64,000 nucleotides of DNA from Octopus sinensis (GCF_006345805.1 NC_043013.1:1612001-1676000); one strand, 5' to 3'; shown: positions 39,086-52,759, numbered from the stretch's first letter. Notes: a model not told the origin generated them from the sequence alone. Program-made: numbers and translations.

Positions 39086-39379
39086 GTGTGTGAAGAGACA
39101 GAGAGAGTAATGTGTGAAAGAGAGAGATAACTGAAATTTTTTACTCGGTGTATGTGTATATGTATGTCTGCATGTATGTGTGTGTGTATGTATGTGTAAG
39201 TATGTGTGTGTGTATGTATGTGTGTGTGTGTATGTATGGCCGATTCATCGTAATTACGATGAATCGGCCATACATACACACACACACATACATGCAGACA
39301 TACATATACACATACACCGAGTAAAAAATTTCAGTTATCTCTCTCTTTCACACATTACTCTCTCTGTCTCTTCACACAC
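39086..39379. repeat. Zero-spacer palindrome centred at 39253/39254
   Basis: ggccgattcatcgtaa|ttacgatgaatcggcc; arms continue ~125 bp, left arm has extra microsatellite. Confidence 0.92.
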
Positions 39380-39627
39380 ACTAACAGAAGCACTTCACTT
39401 ACACAACATACTGTCTCCCACACCCCATCAAACACACACACACACACATGTACATCACATAGCTTCCCCTAGACGGTAACTTCAAAGACAAACTTCCCTC
39501 GTCATAAAATCGCTTCCTCTTAGTCTCTTTCGCTCTCATTACTTATGTAAAAAAATAAAAGTTTTTACGGAAATCGACGGAAAACTTGTGCTACGACAAG
39601 AGAAACTTCGCCGAAATTTAATATTAA

Positions 39628-39703
39628 AAAAGCAAAGAGCTGGCAGAAACGTTAGCACGCCGGGCGAAATGCGTAGCCGTATTTCGTCTGCCGTTACGTT
39701 CTG
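39628..39703 (+). mobile_element. SINE head fragment
   Basis: gagctggcagaaacgttagcacgccgggcgaaatgcgtagccgtatttcgtctgccgttacgttctg. Confidence 0.8.
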
Positions 39704-40550
39704 TGTTTGTTTACAGTTTTCCGAACGTTAGTACGTCACAAAAGCGCTTTCTACGTCACACTAATAGAATGCAGTCAAGTTTTACACATGGAAACAAACA
39801 ATCTGATTGGTTAAAATTCGCAGTTTTAATCTACGATTAAAGTCATAAAATAGATTTTTCTCAAATAAACTAGTTCCAACCTGTGTCTTGTTTTGCTAGA
39901 CTCTATCAGCATACGAAGTTTCAGATTATTTAGTTAAGTAGAAAGATCTGTGGTCCTGGCTTCAGAATTGAAAAGATCCAAGATTGGAAGTAATGTTGGA
40001 GGAGGGACCCCCAAAAGGTTACCATACGGTGAAAGAGGGTACCTGAGAAGGGAATGACCTAGAGCAGCAGTAGAAATGGTGGAAGAGAGTTTCAGGAAGA
40101 TATAGTGGTGGAAAAAAAGCAGAAGTTGAGAACAGAATATGATGGGAATTTGGCGGAGGTAATACCCAGGAAAAGAGAGAGAGAAGAAAGTCACTGATGA
40201 CTGTGGAAGTGAAGAAGTGTGAAGGATTGGAAGAAGAAACTCAGCCCATGACGAGAAACAGAAAGTGGAAGTAACAGCAAAGGAATTAAGAGGAAAGAGT
40301 CGTGCAAACCAGAAACAAGACAACCCAGAATTACGGAAACCTAAAGACATAGGCACACAGACGAAACACGTAGAGTTGCAGTCAAACGAACACACAGACG
40401 CACAAATACGAGAACACACAGACACACCAATACACGAACACACAGACTTAGAGACGGAAATACAAGAACCTATAAAACAGCAGGAAAACAGGAGCAAAAA
40501 GAGACAACATGAAAAGCACAAACGAAAAGAAAATTATAGTGAGATAGGAC

Positions 40551-40780
40551 GGCGAGCTGGCAGAATCGTTAGCACGCCGGGCGAGATGCGTAGCCGTATT
40601 TCGTCTGTCGTTACGTTCCGAGTTCAAATTCCGCCGAGGTCGACTTTGCCTTTCATCCTTTCGGGGTCGATAAATTAAGTACCAGTTACGCACTGGGGTC
40701 GATATAATCGACTTAATCCGTTTGCCTGTCCTTTTTTGTCCCCTCTGTGTTTAACCCCTTGTGGGTAGTAAAGAAATATG
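40551..40780 (+). mobile_element. Full-length tail-B SINE with 14-bp TSD
   Basis: TSD tagtgagataggac at 40537-40550 and 40781-40794. Confidence 0.93.
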
Positions 40781-41479
40781 TAGTGAGATAGGACACCCCA
40801 ACTTAAAAGGAGTGTAAAATTGAAAGACAGTGTGAGAGATAGAAGTGGCAAGTCATTATAATTTTGTAAAGACTGTAACTGAGAGAAATGATTGTTTGAA
40901 CTTTTTAGGAAAAAAAAAGGAAAAAATAATGTAAATTTTGAAACTGTTAAATGAACAGGTTTCCTAAAGTTTTTTTGAAACATTTGGTTCTCTTTTAATT
41001 TAAAAAAAAGGAAAAAAAATAAGTAAGGACTGTATGAACATTGGTTTAAAAGGTTTGTAATGTAGGGTAAAAGCGAAGAGGGAAGTCGCGGTTTCGCCTC
41101 GGAGCGAGGCTAAAGGTTGAGTAAAAGTTAATTGTAAATATATTCATATCACATTCATCCTTCATATGTTTTATGTTCCCGCATGTCTTTGTATGTCCCA
41201 TTTGTAATTAGGCCCTGTAATAAAGAATCAAGCTAGCAAGCCGTGCTACTCCAGACTGATGAGGAGCAATGACTCTGAAACTAGTCTCTGGATGCTGGCT
41301 TTGCTGGGTGGAGGTCCTTATCTCCACTTTGAAAATGCAAGGACACAAGAAATGTGTCAAGGCCAACAGAAAATGGTGTTTCTTAGGGCTAAATAGCAGT
41401 AACATTCTTCCCTTTCATGGGACTGTCACATTAAGTTGACAACATATTATCACTATATTCTTATTATCCTTTCACATTA

Positions 41480-41800
41480 ATCTTTGTTTAATGAAGATAT
41501 GTGTCAGGGTCATTGTGAAAAAAACAAACAAATTAAAGCGGATTCTATTTGACTTTAGAAGTATTTAAATACTACAAAAATTAAAGGGATTTTTTTAAAG
41601 ACCTTCAAATTCAAGAGATATTAAAAGGTAAAACTCTTCAGTCTTCTGAAGTACATTTCTAACATTAACATCTAGATTTTTCCTGAAAATCTTGGTGCAA
41701 TTAATGATATTGAAGAAAGGATATCTCATTAAATCTATGAAAGCACACTATCGATGACTCTGGAATGAAAATTATAGGAGGCTACTGCTAGATGTTATGC
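41480..41800 (+). mobile_element. Degenerate DNA transposase fragment (Chapaev3-like)
   Basis: FPENLGAINDIEER and a preceding KVHF-H-HLD-like stretch; family name from memory. Confidence 0.5.
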
Positions 41801-41809
41801 AATAATAGC

Positions 41810-42130
41810 GTAAAACGATATCTTCCAATTCTACATCAAGCATCCAGTCTCCGACAGACCGAATCACAAATCATCAATAGTCGAAGACGACCACCAAATC
41901 TCAAAGATCGTAACAAAACGAAATCCACACCAGAGAAAGAAAATATTGCAGGTAACAAACTGTGTGAAGACTCTCGTTGTGGGACGTTGTGTGAAATAAT
42001 TGAAGTGGAACAAGCAAACGATTCAAGAACGGGAAGGAATTGAAGGTGAAAGCAAACATGAATTGCAAAATAAAACATCTCATCTACTGTGTCAAATAGC
42101 CACAATGCACTGAGAACTAAGCGAACAAAC
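41810..42130 (+). mobile_element. Penelope-like C-terminal remnant
   Basis: IINSRRRPPNLKD...KLCEDSRCGTLC. Confidence 0.55.
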
Positions 42131-42601
42131 AGGAAAATTAATTAACCTTGAGAGAGTTCACAAAGGGTAAATAACGAATTCATCTCTTAGTAATGTTCTA
42201 TGAAATGAATATTTAGACATTTGTGCAAATGGAAGATTCAAAATATTTCTTCTGACTTTTTCTTTTTTGAAAATAAAAGAATATGATCAACTACGAGGGG
42301 CCACAGAGGAAAACTTTATAAAAACTAAACCGGAAAAAGTCAACTCCATTATTAAAAACAACTTCCTCTATAAAGATTGCCCTATAACACTTGTGTCTGA
42401 AAAATTGAGCAACGAAAGCGCTTACACATAATACGAAAAGTTCAAAGTTCATTCCAAAAGTGTTTCGTGTCCTGATTTTCAAAGTAGTTGACACCTTTTT
42501 AAAAAAATATTTCTTTAAATATTGTAACTGTATCAAGTATATTTTTGCAAAGTTTGTTATAAATAAATACTTGTAGTTGAACAATGTTTCAATGGCAACG
42601 C

Positions 42602-42733
<132 letters not shown>

Positions 42734-42802
42734 ATACATGTGTGTATAAATATATATATATATACATCTATACCTACGTATATGCATATGTATTTACATA
42801 TG

Positions 42803-42894
<92 letters not shown>

Positions 42895-44940
42895 GGGTGT
42901 GTATGCATGTATAAATATATAAAATTCTTATTTTCCAATTTCCTTAATATTTCGCTGAAAGTGCGAGGAAGTCTTTTAAAAGTCATCCAAACAAAATCAT
43001 GATTCTACAAAACAGGCTTTTAGTTTAAAATCCCTTAAAACGCACATTAATATCAAAAGTAGTGACGAACTCTGATACAGACTAATAGAAATGGATTGCG
43101 CAAGAAACCGGCTCCTCCACATGGTGGCAGTCTGTTACTTTTCGCCCTTGTTGTTTTCTTCATTCCTCTAGTATGCGCGCGCGTATGTGCCTTTGTGCGT
43201 GTTCATGTGAGTGTACGTGTGTGTGTTGTGTGTGTGTGTGTGTGTGTGTTTTCTGCTGTATGTAAGTGTGCATGAACGTGTACGTGCGATAAAGCTTTGA
43301 CTGCACGTTGCCAGCGGTCACCCTCCTCCGTTGCAAAGGGGAGAGGCTGAGCTCCATCTAGAAGACCCGCCTACTTCAAGAAGCTGTTGTACAACCGATG
43401 TAGGCCATTCATTCAACAGCCACAAAGACAGACGTCTTCTATATGAATGGCCTCAGTGCAACGCGAATTCTCTTTCAGAAAATGAAAGCTGCCAGGAAGT
43501 AGGTTAGGAAAATACCTAACTCGCCGCCGGCGATTGCTCGGGATGCCTTTTTTTGTTTTTAATAAGACAGTACTTAGTGTGTGGAACCTCAATTTATTCG
43601 TCATCTACACCACAAAATCCTCCTTTATTATTGAAGAAATAATAAAAGCAAACATAGCTGCATCGTTGCTTCTGGCAAAAAAGGAAAAAAGTAAAGAAAA
43701 GAACTATAAAGGAAAATCATTTTTTTTTTAACGAGGGCAAGTGATGAATGCATTCTGTACAGATGTACAATAAATCTAAATTGTTTTCTCCTTCATCGCC
43801 TTCTTTCCAGTTCGTTCCAATTTTTTTATTAACCTTTTTATCTGCCGAGCAGGGTCACATTGTGAGATTAACTAAACAGATCCTTCTAAATAGAGGCATT
43901 GCCTTCTCATTCATTCAGATGCAGCATCCCATAAGATGCGGTCCCATCCCCTACTTTTCAGATAGTCAGAACGCTTAACTAGATGTATATAAAACATTTA
44001 CATGTAATTTTTCCCAGAAGGGAGACAGCTATTTGTAAAGAAGAACAGAGATTAGAAAGCAAAAAATTTTAGATATTTTTATGCCAAGAATTGCCTGCTC
44101 TTGCATAATCATACACGATTTGAATTCATAGAGTCAGACAGCCTGGAAGCAATATTTGGTAATTTTAATGAGTCGTTGAAAAATCCCCATCAACAACGGC
44201 TTCGTCTTCACGCAGTATGTAGAAAATGAAATCTGCCTTGCAGAACCGAATCTGTTTTCAGTGGAAGTAAAGTAAAATGGATGGACGAAAATAAGGAGCC
44301 TGTATGACAGGCTCCTCTTGACGGAAGATTACCACTACTGTATAGTGTTCTCACTGAAGCAATGTTCTGGAATCTTCAACGCCATTGTTACTGAATAGAT
44401 GACTGTTTTATCTTTCTATTAAACACTGAGTTGTCTATCATTCAACATTAATAAAGTAGGTGTGCAGACAAACTGAAGTACCAGGTGTGACGGTCGATTT
44501 CAACTTGAAATATTCAATGTCTGCAAGGTAAAAACAATTCATTACTCTTTTTACGTGGAAGGTTTGATAATAGTCGATATGTGTGTGTGTGTGTGTGTGT
44601 GCGTGTGTGTGTGTGCGTGTGTGTGTGTAAAAGAGAGAGAGAGGTGAGTAAATGGTATCTGGTAACGTGTGATATCTAATCTAAGGGTTCTGGCGGTAAG
44701 TAAACGGGTTTCAAATGGCTACTAACATTGCGTTACCATTCAAAATTGTCTGGGTTGCTTTTCAATAAATCATTCAGAAGAAATGCAGTCCCTGTAAGCT
44801 TTTTCCATCACCTCGCAGCCTCCATCCCAAGATGACTCAGAATAACATGCTGCCTTGCTCTTGTCAGCTTTTCCCAATCCCATGATGTGTGACTTGGGTT
44901 CAACAGAATAATTGCAGTGGTAAGGGTTTGTAGGAATTAA

Positions 44941-45108
44941 TTCTTGTTTCAGTCATTTGACTGCGGCCATGCTGGAGCATCACCTTAAGGGTTTTTAGCC
45001 GAACAAGTCGACCCCAAGACTTATATTCTGTAAGCCGAGTACTTATTTTATCCGTCTCTAAGTTACGGGGACGTAAACACATCATCAGTTGTCAAGTAGA
45101 GATGGGGG

Positions 45109-45166
<58 letters not shown>

Positions 45167-45268
45167 CAACGAGCTTCTTTCAGTTTCTGTCTACCAAATC
45201 CACTTGCTCGGCCCGAGGTGTCACGCAGTGGGACTGAACCCGGAACCACACAGCTATGCCTGCGCCTA
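44941..45268 (-). mobile_element. CORE-like tRNA-SINE
   Basis: Reverse complement of the 5946 family, with deletions. Confidence 0.8.
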
Positions 45269-46249
45269 ATGGTTAAAATATAGAAATACATTTTAATATA
45301 ATCGATGAATGTCAATGAGACGTGGTAAAATCAAAGTCGTTATTGAACTGAGTAGATTTTATTGTACGAGATATTTATTTTATCCGAAAACAGAAACTAC
45401 GACAAAGATAGCCCGAATAGGATTGGCAAACAATTCAATCACTTGGATTGCAATTAACTTTTGTCTATTTTCTAAAGTAGGTATTTTTTTTCTACATTTT
45501 ATTCTGCGTATTATTCTCTCCCCAGCGTCATGTGACTGCGTCATGTAACTGCGTCATGTAACTGCGTCATGTAACTGGCAAGAGCGTGGTGTAACAAGAC
45601 ACACTGTAGTGTAACTTGTAACAGTGTAATGTAACTAATATTGTAACGTAACTAGTAATATCAATGAAAACACAATCTTTCTAATTTGTCATGCTGTCGT
45701 ACATTTCTTAATCTTCGACTAATAGAAGCTGTTAGTCTTTTGCATGTAAAACACTTTCTACAAGTTAGTTGTTTATGTAGTTTATCTGTGTGTGAGAACA
45801 GCATACTATATGCGATGTAACAGCAAACGATACGTTAATAAGCTCGGTCGAGGTGATGACTGGTCAAAATGACAAAGGCGTGTGTAAAGACAACATACTA
45901 AAGTGTCCGAAGAATCGACTGCTTCTACCGAAATGTAACGCCCAAGTTGTAGACTGAGGAAACGGATATGTACAATGACTGAATGTTTGTGATGACTATA
46001 GATGAAATTATTCATAGTCCCATGAATTTTAAAAACTTGCTGCAGATACATACATACATGCCCACATACCTATATAAACTCCATGTCACACTTACGGACC
46101 ATAAACAAAACGTATTGGTTATTCATCTTATAGGTAAACAGAGTTGATCGAAAATAAGTTACATAAAGTAAAGAAAAACATTTTAAATACGATTTTCTTT
46201 AAATTAAACAAACAATTGTTCATTAGTTTAGTATATTAACAACAGGAAT

Positions 46250-47600
46250 TTTAAAAAGTTCACTTTGTTGAAGATTAACGAATTATCGTCTTTGATAACT
46301 AAATGGTTGCTTAAAAAGCATTAGTTTTCGCCAGGGGTTATATATCAATATCGGTGATTCGAATATTAAATTAATTATACATGAAAGAAGAACGTTACAT
46401 CATTTCTCGATTAAGGTTCTAATGATAAAGAGAAAGTAGGCAATTTTTTTAATGTCAAGATAAAATCGATTCCACTGAAATTTGTTAGCTCAAGTATTTA
46501 TGTTTTGTATTTTTATATAATAAATTCAATAATTTACACCCTGAGTTATATAGAGATGAAGGACTTGTTTTTACACGTAATGTGATGTAAGAAAATTTGA
46601 GTTTTATACCCGGAAGTTACTACCTTAAATTTAGCAACTTATAAATCAAATAAAAGTTGCAGTATATAAAGGTAGTTTCTAATCATTCACCTGTTATTGT
46701 AAATAATCGTTAGAAACCTTGATAAAATATTCGTTTTAAAATATCCTCACTTTTATCAGACGTGTCTTCATTTAACGCAGTTGCTCCTTATTATGATGTG
46801 GCAATAAATCGCAGCGAATAAGACTAAATACTTAAAAGTACGATTTTCATAAAGAAAAATATAAAACGAAAACTCTTCCCACAATTCTCATTTTGTATCA
46901 TTCTATATACAAATTGCTTTAGTTTATTAAATATTTTCCAAAAAAAAAATAATAAAAAAACTAAAATTGTAAGTTGTTAAACAAAAATAATGTGATTGCT
47001 AAGTTAAAATCCGAAATATGCGAAATCATGCATATTTGAGATTTCACATTGAGTTTTAATTGTATACAAAATTTAGCTGCAGAAATATTTGATATTAATA
47101 AAAACCTTAAATTCTATCCACATTTAGTCTTTTTCGTTTGAATCACAGTAGAAATCCTGAAATATCCTTAATTTGTATTTTTTTAAACCCCATCAATTAC
47201 CGTATAATCGCATTCACTGCTAAATTTCAGTTTCTAAAAGTTATATTGGTTTCACTGGATATCCGTTCAAATTAAAGTATAATCAACATAAAATCATGTT
47301 TATTGAAATCTTAAATGATAATCCGATGCATCAATGCTTTCTGAATATATTTGGGATTTCAAAAATAAGAATATTAGAAAGTCTGAAATCATTTGGCTCA
47401 TGTTAGTAAATGCCAAACTATGCACACGATGAAGCAATGTTTGTAATCTCTGCATATCCGAAAAGCTTCACATATTTTCCAGAGATGTTCCACCCTTTAA
47501 AATATTTCGAGATAACCTTCTTCTGTTACTATAAACTTCAAATTTGTCCAAATATTTCAAAATGCTCTACAAACAAATGCCATGCAACCCTACTTAATAC
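46250..47600 (+). mobile_element. Heavily degenerate Penelope-like element (RT + GIY-YIG)
   Basis: DSTEIC*L, LYRDEGL, YIGFTGYPFKLKYNQHK, LSEYIWDFKNK, CNLCISEKL. Confidence 0.7.
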
Positions 47601-47644
47601 TGTTAAACGCTACGCGCCAATAAAAAAGCTTTCTTTTGTTTATA

Positions 47645-47922
47645 TGTTTGTTCCTTCTCGAGCCTGCGTGGCTCATAAGGGCCAGCTTCCCGGTTTCCTT
47701 GGCGTATAGGTTCCCCACCTGGATGGGACGCCGGTCCGTCGCAGGTGAGTTGCAAGATGCAGGAGAAGAGAGTGAAAGTTGTGGCGAAAGAGTCAGCAGA
47801 AGTTCGCCATTTCAGCTTAGGTGTTTCGCTCATAAACACACACATCACCCGGTCTGATATTCGAACCCGCGATCCCTCGACCGCGAGTCCGCTGCTTTAA
47901 CCACTAGGCCATGTGCCTCCAC
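47645..47922 (-). mobile_element. tRNA-SINE with V-like block
   Basis: Minus: tggcctagtggtta (A box), gggttcgaatatc (B box), cctgcgacggaccggcgtcccatccagg. Confidence 0.8.
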
Positions 47923-48154
47923 TTTTGTTTATATAAGTTTAAGATTTTGTTTATATTCAACAATTCATTTGCTTTTATATAAATATATCCACGTTTTATT
48001 GACTTTGTTGTTTCTGGATTGGAAATGTGAAGCTCGGAGCAAGGATTTGTATAGTTTCAACTTCAATTTACGTATACATATACAACCTACCTACCTACCT
48101 ACCTACCTACCTACCTACCTACATACATACATACAACATACATACATACATACA

Positions 48155-48246
<92 letters not shown>

Positions 48247-49444
48247 TATATATACTTATATATGTATACATACATACACACACACACGCACAGATATGCA
48301 CATAAATCTATATACATAGAAATGAATATACACCTATTCTTTTGTCTTCTCTCCCAACCCCAAAGCAAGCGTATACACACATATGTACGAGTGTGTGTCT
48401 GTGTGTATAACGTTATGTGAATCTCTCGTTGTCGATTGATTAACTCACCGACCATGGTTTACACCTATCATTGTTCGTTCATGCCATCTTTTTCGCGATC
48501 AATATTAAGGAAACCTCATCGAAACTCTCCAAAGAAAATGTTAGACGTGGCTGCAAGTAGATGATTTATGCCTTGAAGGAAGAGAGGAAGAAACAAACAC
48601 GAACCTTGGGTGACACTAGAGTTAATTGAGAACGTATCAGAAAGACCTCTGTTAGCAAATGCTCCGGCGGTGTAATCAGATGTTATCACTCCAAGAGATA
48701 GGCAAGAAGATGCCGAGAGATGAGACAGTATTGATCCAAGATGAAGTATTCAGCGTTCGTTTGTATAATTAGAAAATAAAAGATATTTTGTAAAGGAGTC
48801 TTTTTTTAAAAAAATATCTTTTTGCTTTAATTGTTGCGTTGGAAATAAGAGGATGTAACGATGAAGTTACAAAGACCCTTCCAGGATTGATCCAAGGGAC
48901 GTTCATCAGAAAGCTGACGATTATAAGTCGAGTAAACTTATGTGGTAGCTCGAACAACTGAAAAAGATCCCTAGTTTCCCTTAAACTATACTCTATCGCT
49001 TTGAATAAAAACAAATTCAAGAAAGATAGAATGGTAGTCCTGAAATTCTTTAGGTTATAAGTCTGTACGATCTGGGTTGACTTGGATACAAAAGATGACA
49101 ATAACAATATTTACAATAATAACAGAAGCAACGACGACGACGATGACAGCTGGTGAAGCAGTAGTAACGAAAAGGGCGGGAATGTACTTTGTGTGGGTTG
49201 ACATTCTAGAAAGGAGGAATTAACCAAAATAGTTAATGAGAAGCCAAGTGGATGAGACTCAATATTCGTGACATAAAAAGAAGAGGCAGGTGTATATCTG
49301 TGTAGTTGTTGTATGGAACTGAGATAAAGACCGTTTATAGTTGTGGGAGGAAAAAGCGAATGAGGGAACGGCTCATCGATCAGCTCAGTCAATTGGCCAT
49401 TCAATCGGAGATGACGCTCATTTTCCGACATAAACACTTGCTTA

Positions 49445-49640
49445 CATATTGATTTCGAATTGAAGCACAAAGTCAGCAATTTCGAAGGAGAGGGTAAATC
49501 GACTAAATTGACTCTAGTTTTCAACTGATACTTATTCCATCGACCCCCAAAAAGGGATGAAAGGCAAAGTCGGCGAATTTTCACTCAGAATGTAAAGACG
49601 GACGAAATGCCGCTAAGCGTTTTGTACGGCGTGCTAACGA
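49445..49640 (-). mobile_element. Tail-A tRNA-SINE, diverged
   Basis: gggatgaaaggcaaagtcggcgaattttcactcagaatgtaaagacggacgaaatgccgctaagc. Confidence 0.7.
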
Positions 49641-49851
49641 TTTTATTTGAATCATATGCCTTCAACAAATTATAGATCTATTCCGAAGCATCAGTGTCAT
49701 AGGCATATCTGTGGGATTTATATACCATCAAATACACTATATTAAATTGTTTTCGCTTTCTGAGTTCTCATGAATAATGATATTTTATGACATAACCCAG
49801 TATGAAAATATGTGTGTCTGAGTGTGTGTATGTCTGTGAGTAGGCATACAG

Positions 49852-49897
<46 letters not shown>

Positions 49898-50149
49898 TTT
49901 GGTATTTATTTGGAGTCCTTTTTTCCTTCTCTTGCTGAATTCAAGCAAGGTTCTTTTGCTTAAACAAAGACAACTGTCGGGGTTTGTGGTTTCATGGATT
50001 GGTTGATGCATGCCAATATGTGGGTGCGTTATGCATCTGGATGAACTTGCATTCGTGGCTGTTCATGTTCCGATTGAAGTATATGTTTCATTACAGTTTG
50101 GATACCCCTATGTATATGTGATTTTGTGCACATGCCCACCCAGGGACCT

Positions 50150-51620
50150 CAAATGGAAAACCCTTGAAATGTTTTACAAATGTTTGCTGTGTCTCTAATC
50201 GGCTGTATCTGATGAATGCAAAACAATCTGCTCTGTTCTATCTTAAAGAACCCCGGTATCTCCATGTCGCTATGCAGATAGGTTGTGACGTAGCCCAGCG
50301 CTTCTATGATAATAGAAACAAATGAAGATCTATAGCTGGGATGTAAGAGCTGTTGGCTTCTCAACTGTCCTCTTTCTTAAGCTGCTCTCACTTTCCCAAA
50401 CTTTTGAAGCAACATTATTCACATCTGTTTGGGCGGCTGATCTCTTCAACGATGCACCATATTTTCTCCTTGTCTCATACAGTTATATCTGGCCTGTTGT
50501 GCTTACACCTGGTTGCTGTTTTCATTGGTCTGTCCCACTGATAATAATCGCTATTTTTAAACGAGTGGATATTCTCAGGTTCTGACGTGCCTTTGGTCTG
50601 GTCGTCAGGAGAATCCTTCCCGCGTATAGCATTGTAGACTGTCTTAATGGCAATGCTATGTCTCATAGAAAGTAATATCTTGCGGACATTTATGGACGGC
50701 TACAAATGATACGAGCGATATCTTCCACATTGGTTTGGCGCAGACGACACTATCACAACGTGGAGGTCTAGAGGTAGCCTTATTGCTCTTTTTGATCAAG
50801 TATTGAGTAACTATCTCCTATTCCTCGATAGCAAATGCATAACATTGTAGGTGAGATGTGAAATGTGATGCATCCAGAAGAGGTTACTCTTCCAGTCAAT
50901 ACTCGCATTTTCTAGTTTGCTGGTTATGTACCCGTGCTGGTATGATGACTATTTTGGGTCTTCTAAGTCTCTATTTGAATAGGTCAGTCCCCTAGGTTTA
51001 CATGGAAAGTACTTGTCCAGGAGTTCCTCGCTCAGTCTTATTATATTATTACTTTCACTGTTGAATATACATGTGGTGTATTCATTTCTCTCTTTAAGTA
51101 GGCGATGTCTGTGTGACGCAATACAGCATTCAAAGATTCACTGAACTGATCTTGTGCCTCAACCTCTGTCCTTCCATTTATATAAAGCCTGTCAATGTTA
51201 CTATTGATGTAGAAATTACTAGTCATTCCTAAGTATCTTCCTAGTCCTGATATCCAGGTTGCAGATTTCTTAAAGTATCCAGTCTAAAACGTCAAACGTT
51301 GGTGCTAGCATTGGCGTTGCGAAAAACATTATAGGATATAGTTTGGTTGAACAGCTCTAACTTCTATTTCCTCAGAAGCCTGCTGAAGTACTTTTTGTCA
51401 CCCTGTCAGTTTCAAGGCATTTGTAACATTCATTACTGGTGATATGGGAAATAGACAGGCAGTTGATATCCATATTCCTTCTCTATTCGATAATTCTTCT
51501 TCGTTTGACTTCTGAATATGAATACTTGTTCTGACCAAAGTCCATATCTGTGTTCCGTGAGAATGTTATGACAAATTCTGCTTTTTGGCGTCATGAATAT
51601 TACCTAAGAGCATTACGAGA
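50150..51620 (-). mobile_element. Degenerate R4-like (REL) LINE 3' portion
   Basis: MTSNFYINSNIDRLYI; RHSIAIKTVYNAIR; WDRPMKTATRCKHNRPDITV; IIIEALGYV. Confidence 0.7.
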
Positions 51621-51630
51621 AAAAGGGTAT

Positions 51631-51915
51631 ATTATTTACATTATTTACATTTGACGGATATTTGTCCTCATCTTGTTTGTTGTTAACACAACGTTTCGGC
51701 TGATATACCCTCCAGTCTTCATCAGGTGTCTTGAGGAAATTTCGAACCTAGATTCTCATTCCTAAGGTTCGAAATTTCTCCAAGAAACCTGATGAAGGCT
51801 GGAGGGTATATCGGCCGAAACGTTGTGTTAACAACAAACAAGATGAGGACAAATATCCGTCAAATGTAAATAATGTAAATAATGTACATAATTCCCCAAC
51901 TCTTAAATATAGAAT
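51631..51915. mobile_element. Palindromic Penelope-type terminal-repeat dimer with two hammerhead motifs (51685-51730 minus, 51784-51829 plus)
   Basis: Arms ~51631-51750 and ~51764-51885; CTGATGA-stem-GAAACGTT in both; same family as 2522-3045 but no tRNA-like centre. Confidence 0.8.
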
Positions 51916-52344
51916 TGAGAAAGCGGGTGACTGAAATTAATCTCTCTTTTATGTGCAGCCCCTATCATGTACTCTTTGCATTTCCTAAACAGAGCAGCAA
52001 GGGGATCACTGTCAGGGCGGAAGGTATTTCAGATAATCTGTTATTGAAACATCCCTGCCGATAACGTAATTCTGTTTCTGACTGTCGGAGTAGCTTTCGT
52101 TCGTGGCAAAAGCTCTGTGGACCACGTTGTTAGGCTTTTGATGGTGTTGATTCTAGCAGTTGGAACCTTAATAAGGCGTATTGATTCTATTATCTGTAAG
52201 TGAGTGACAAGGTCAAATACCTTCAGTGGTGAAATTTCGCTTCAAGGACAGCTTTACTGGTGAGGTGTGGTTTGCTATAGTCACAGACTTCTTTCTTTCC
52301 TCCAACCTGTTCTTCAGTCATTTCACAATGATCCTGGATGGATG

Positions 52345-52680
52345 TATGAGGGTGAGTCAAAAAGTAATGCCATTTTGTTTAGGACAGGTATAATTACCAA
52401 TACAGGAACATGTATCATGCATCAAAATGAAGCTGGTCCTCTGTGGATCATATCTCTACTTCTCAACATAGTCACCGTTTCTCTCAATAGCAATGTTCCA
52501 CCTTCAAATGAGAGCATGTATCCCTGCCCCGTAAAATTCTGTTGACTGTTCTTTGAGTCACTTCTTCATTAGTTTACACTGGAATAATTTAGCGCCTTTA
52601 GACTATCATCTCTTCGGCCCCATGAAAGAAGGTTTGAGAGGCAAAGCTTATTCCAGTGACGAGGAAGTGAAACTGTAGTC
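52345..52680 (+). mobile_element. Mariner remnant
   Basis: TATGAGGGTGAGTCAAAAAGT end; [27 protein letters not shown]. Confidence 0.75.
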
Positions 52681-52759
52681 GGTTTATTGCAGGAGTTTCT
52701 TTTCACCTTTTCTTCATGTCGCAGAGGAAGTTAGTACTTTGGATGCACGGGTACGTTTG

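Larger units (their letters stand above)
38050..41229 (+). mobile_element. ORF1-only Tx1-like derivative, interrupted by later insertions
   Basis: KSYAEATGG; FFTRGRKYATIIVTF...LMPNCLGKRIVRVRVGRILPPIDP homologous to LINE ORF1; decayed knuckle near 40.0 kb; 3' UTR like the LINE's; no ORF2. Confidence 0.75.

Noticed and set aside
43290-43500. Possible exon (open plus frame, ttgccag ... GAA|gtaggt)
   Set aside because: Peptide unrecognised and the strand is ambiguous
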